Positions 14,982 to 18,162 of a DNA stretch of 18,162 bases are shown here, in pieces. The notes under the pieces are model-generated. The model saw nothing but the letters and a program-made list of their open reading frames with translations, was not told where the DNA came from and did not search any database. Origin of the DNA: Candidatus Eiseniibacteriota bacterium (lineage in GTDB: Bacteria; Eisenbacteria; RBG-16-71-46; SZUA-252); the NCBI GenBank assembly GCA_031370645.1, contig JANMQV010000090.1, positions 1 to 18,162 on the forward strand, written 5' to 3'. The number at the start of each line of letters is the position of its first letter. Positions within the stretch are counted from its first letter, which is position 1. The translations under genes were made by a program, and so were the position numbers.

Positions 14982-16937
14982 ATGTCCCTGAATCTGCTCT
15001 GGCTGGTGCCGGCGCTTCCGCTCTTCGGGGCCGTGATCAACGGTCTCGGCGCGGGGAAGTTGCCGCGGAAACTGGTCAGCGCGATCGGTGTCGGGTCGGT
15101 CGGCGCGGCGTTCGTCATCGCGCTCGGCTGCCTCCAGTCGCTCTTGAAACTCCCGGCCGAAGACCGCTTCTTCCTCCAGACGCTCTTCTCGTGGATCGAC
15201 TCGGGCGATTTCTCGGCCGCCATCCGGCTCGGGCTCGACCCGCTCTCCGCCGTCATGATGCTCGTGGTGACCGGTGTCGGCTTCCTGATCCACATCTACT
15301 CGACCGGCTACATGAGCCACGAGAAGGCGTACGGGCGCTACTTCGCCTACTTGAACCTCTTCACCTTCTGCATGTTGATGCTCGTCCTCGCCGACAACTT
15401 CCTCGTGATGTTCTTCGGCTGGGAGGGCGTCGGGCTCTGCTCGTACCTCTTGATCGGCTTCTGGTACCAGAAGCCCTCGGCCGCGGAGGCCGGGAAGAAG
15501 GCCTTCATCGTCAACCGAATCGGCGACTGGGGCTTCCTGATCGGTGTGTTCCTCATCTTCGTCACCTTCGGCACGCTCGACTTCGGCCGCGTCTTCGCCG
15601 AGGCGCCGGGGCAACTCGCCATGGGCGGAGCGCTCGCCACGGCCATCGCCCTCTTCCTCTTCGTCGGAGCGACCGGTAAGAGCGCGCAGATCCCGCTCTA
15701 CGTCTGGCTCCCCGACGCCATGGAGGGCCCGACGCCGGTCTCGGCGCTCATCCACGCCGCCACGATGGTCACGGCGGGCGTCTACATGATCGCGCGCTGC
15801 CACATCCTCTTCACGCTCGCCCCGACGGCGCTCCTGGTGGTCGCCATCGTGGGCGCCGCGACGGCGCTCTTCGCGGCGACGATCGGGTTGGTGCAGAAGG
15901 ACATCAAGCGGGTGCTCGCCTATTCCACCGTGAGCCAGCTCGGTTACATGTTCCTCGCCATGGGTGTCTCCGCCTTCACCGCGGGGATCTTCCATCTCAT
16001 GACGCACGCTTTCTTCAAGGCGCTCCTCTTCCTCGGCGCCGGAAGCGTGATTCACGCGCTCTCCGGGGAGCAGGACATGGACCGGATGGGGGGGCTGAGG
16101 AAGCACCTCCCGAAGACGCATCTCACGATGCTCATCGCGACGCTTGCCATCGCCGGTGTGTTCCCGTTCGCGGGGTTCTTCTCGAAGGACGAGATTCTCT
16201 GGAAGGCGTTCAACTTCCCGCACGGCGGCCCGATCCTCTGGGCCTGCGGCGTGATCGGCGCCTTCATGACGGCCTTCTACATGTTCCGCCTCTACTTCAT
16301 GACCTTTCACGGAGCGGAGCGGCTGACACCCGAGGCGAAGCATCATCTGCATGAGTCGCCGAATAGCATGACGCTTCCGCTCATGCTCCTCGCGGTTCTG
16401 AGCGCCATCGGGGGATTCATCCAGATCCCGCTCCTGGCCGGGGGGCAGCGGCTCGACGCGTTCCTGGAGCCGGTCTTCGCCGATCTCGGGCACGTGGGTG
16501 GGGGACTGGCGGAGGGCGCCGCCGCGGGGCACGGCGCGGCCGTCCACAGTTCCGTGCCCGAACTCACGCTCATGGTGATCTCTCTCGCGATCGCGCTCCT
16601 CGGCATCTTCGTGGCGCATCGCTTCTACGTGAAGGACCCGCAAGCGCCGCATCGCCTCGCGGAACGGGCGCGCGGTCTCTACGAGCTCCTCTGGAACAAG
16701 TGGTGGGTGGACGAGATCTATGACGCGCGGATCGTTCAGCCGATTGTCCAGCTTTCGAATCGGCTCTGGAAAAACGTCGACGTCGCCGTCGTGGACGCCG
16801 CGGTGAACGGTGTGGCGAAGAAGGTGGAACAGGGTTCCGGCTGGCTTCGATTGGCGCAGACCGGTTACGTGCAGCTCTACGCGCTCATCATCACCCTGGG
16901 GATGGTGGTCGTGTTCGGCTACCTGGCGCTCCGATGA
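14982..16937 (+). CDS. nuoL: NADH-quinone oxidoreductase subunit L
   Basis: [51 protein letters not shown] and [14 protein letters not shown]. The lateral helix ends QTGYVQLYA. Confidence 0.98.
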   Translation: MSLNLLWLVPALPLFGAVINGLGAGKLPRKLVSAIGVGSVGAAFVIALGCLQSLLKLPAEDRFFLQTLFSWIDSGDFSAAIRLGLDPLSAVMMLVVTGVGFLIHIYSTGYMSHEKAYGRYFAYLNLFTFCMLMLVLADNFLVMFFGWEGVGLCSYLLIGFWYQKPSAAEAGKKAFIVNRIGDWGFLIGVFLIFVTFGTLDFGRVFAEAPGQLAMGGALATAIALFLFVGATGKSAQIPLYVWLPDAMEGPTPVSALIHAATMVTAGVYMIARCHILFTLAPTALLVVAIVGAATALFAATIGLVQKDIKRVLAYSTVSQLGYMFLAMGVSAFTAGIFHLMTHAFFKALLFLGAGSVIHALSGEQDMDRMGGLRKHLPKTHLTMLIATLAIAGVFPFAGFFSKDEILWKAFNFPHGGPILWACGVIGAFMTAFYMFRLYFMTFHGAERLTPEAKHHLHESPNSMTLPLMLLAVLSAIGGFIQIPLLAGGQRLDAFLEPVFADLGHVGGGLAEGAAAGHGAAVHSSVPELTLMVISLAIALLGIFVAHRFYVKDPQAPHRLAERARGLYELLWNKWWVDEIYDARIVQPIVQLSNRLWKNVDVAVVDAAVNGVAKKVEQGSGWLRLAQTGYVQLYALIITLGMVVVFGYLALR

Positions 16938-18162
16938 CCCCTACGATCTCGATCCTCGGCATTCCGCTCCTGACACTGGTGACCTTCCTGCCGACGGTGG
17001 GGGCGCTCCTGCTCCTCTTCGTGCCGTCGTCGAAGGTGGCGCTCGTGCGGGGCTTCGCCTTCGGCGTCACGGTCCTGACCTTCCTCGCCTCCTTGCCGCT
17101 CTTCACCATGTTCCACTTTGGGCAGCGCGGCATGCAGTTCGTGGAGAAGGCGCCGTGGGTGCCGAATCTCGGCATCCAGTATTACCTCGGCGTGGACGGC
17201 GTGAGCGCACTCCTCATTCTCATGACGACGCTCCTCTCGGCCGTCGCCGTTCTGTCGTCGTTCACGGCGATCACGGACAAGGTGAAGCCCTACATGGCGC
17301 TCCTCCTCGTCCTCGAGACGGGGATGATCGGCGTCTTCGCGGCGCTCGACCTGGTCCTCTTCTACATGTTCTGGGAAGTCGTCCTCATTCCCATGTACCT
17401 CCTGATCGGCGTCTGGGGCGGCCAGCGCCGCGTCTACGCCGCCGTGAAGTTCATTCTCTACACGGTGGTCGGAAGCCTTCTCATGCTGGTCGGCATCCTC
17501 TACCTCTACTTCGCCTATCACGCCGCCTTCGGCGAATACACGTTCGACCTGATCCGGCTCTACGACACGCCGCTCGCGCGCTCGGCGCAGCTCTGGCTCT
17601 TCGGCGCCTTCGCGCTGGCGTTCGCCATCAAGGTGCCGATGTTCCCGTTCCACACCTGGCTCCCCGACGCGCACGTGGAAGCCCCCACGGCCGGCTCCGT
17701 GATCCTCGCCGGCGTTCTCCTCAAGATGGGGACGTACGGATTCTTCCGCTTCGCCATGCCGCTCTTCCCGGAGGGCGCGCTCGCCTTCACGCCGTGGCTG
17801 ATCGCCCTCTCGGTGATCGGGATCATCTATGGGGCTTTGGTCGCGATGGTGCAGACCGACGTGAAGAAGTTGGTCGCCTACTCCTCGGTGAGCCACCTCG
17901 GCTTCGTCATGCTCGGCCTCTTCGCGCTCAACATGCAGGGGGTGCAGGGAAGCGTCCTCCAGATGATCAACCACGGCCTCTCGACCGGCGCCCTTTTCCT
18001 CGCGGTCGGAATCCTCTACGAGCGCCGGCACACGCGTGAGATCAAGGAATTCGGCGGGATCACGGAGATCATGCCGTGGTTCGCCGCGCTCTTCCTGATC
18101 GTCACGCTCTCGAGCCTCGGGCTTCCGGGGTTGAACGGCTTCGTGGGCGAGTTCCTGATCCT
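16934..18162 (+). CDS. nuoM: NADH-quinone oxidoreductase subunit M (3' end truncated by the window)
   Basis: Translated by hand from ATG 16934 (ATGA overlap): [13 protein letters not shown]..., [57 protein letters not shown] and [12 protein letters not shown]. Open to the window end. Confidence 0.96.
   Translation, partial: MTPTISILGIPLLTLVTFLPTVGALLLLFVPSSKVALVRGFAFGVTVLTFLASLPLFTMFHFGQRGMQFVEKAPWVPNLGIQYYLGVDGVSALLILMTTLLSAVAVLSSFTAITDKVKPYMALLLVLETGMIGVFAALDLVLFYMFWEVVLIPMYLLIGVWGGQRRVYAAVKFILYTVVGSLLMLVGILYLYFAYHAAFGEYTFDLIRLYDTPLARSAQLWLFGAFALAFAIKVPMFPFHTWLPDAHVEAPTAGSVILAGVLLKMGTYGFFRFAMPLFPEGALAFTPWLIALSVIGIIYGALVAMVQTDVKKLVAYSSVSHLGFVMLGLFALNMQGVQGSVLQMINHGLSTGALFLAVGILYERRHTREIKEFGGITEIMPWFAALFLIVTLSSLGLPGLNGFVGEFLI

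Noticed and set aside
14580-16652. 690 aa antisense ORF (also 13128-14210 and 16919-18031 on -, and 12788-14143 and 16810-18039 on +), considered as possible hidden nuo subunits
   Set aside because: These are shadow ORFs expected from high-GC codon bias over hydrophobic genes. They contain no NuoB/D/F/G/I motifs or Fe-S Cys patterns.
16630-16937. Possible lengthened NuoL lateral helix indicating a complex with an extra NuoM
   Set aside because: Spacing from [10 protein letters not shown] through [12 protein letters not shown] to QTG looks standard by eye, with no evident insertion. Genes past nuoM are outside the window.

Overview
High-GC bacterial chromosomal window of mostly housekeeping genes, with no mobile element, CRISPR array, tRNA or rRNA detected. 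From left to right: (+) a heterodimeric ABC exporter pair, an inositol monophosphatase (SuhB-like) fused to a YciI/YCII domain, a short internally deleted YCII paralog and a GNAT acetyltransferase. Next on (-): an uncharacterised lipoprotein and a TPR-like protein behind a candidate sigma54 promoter, then a coupled hypothetical-aroC-fabK-like operon. Then (+) RNase HI, (-) a HAD hydrolase, (+) RNase P RNA (rnpB, type A) and (+) a YtnP-like metallo-beta-lactamase-fold hydrolase. The window ends with a (+) complex I operon reading nuoA-C-E-H-J-K-L-M(partial). The most striking observation is that nuoB, D, F, G and I are cleanly absent from their canonical positions in this operon. Other notable points are the SuhB-YCII fusion with its deleted tandem paralog, two symmetric bidirectional promoters that appear to drive leaderless genes, a long leader/trailer duplex around rnpB and a Rex-like operator at the nuo promoter.
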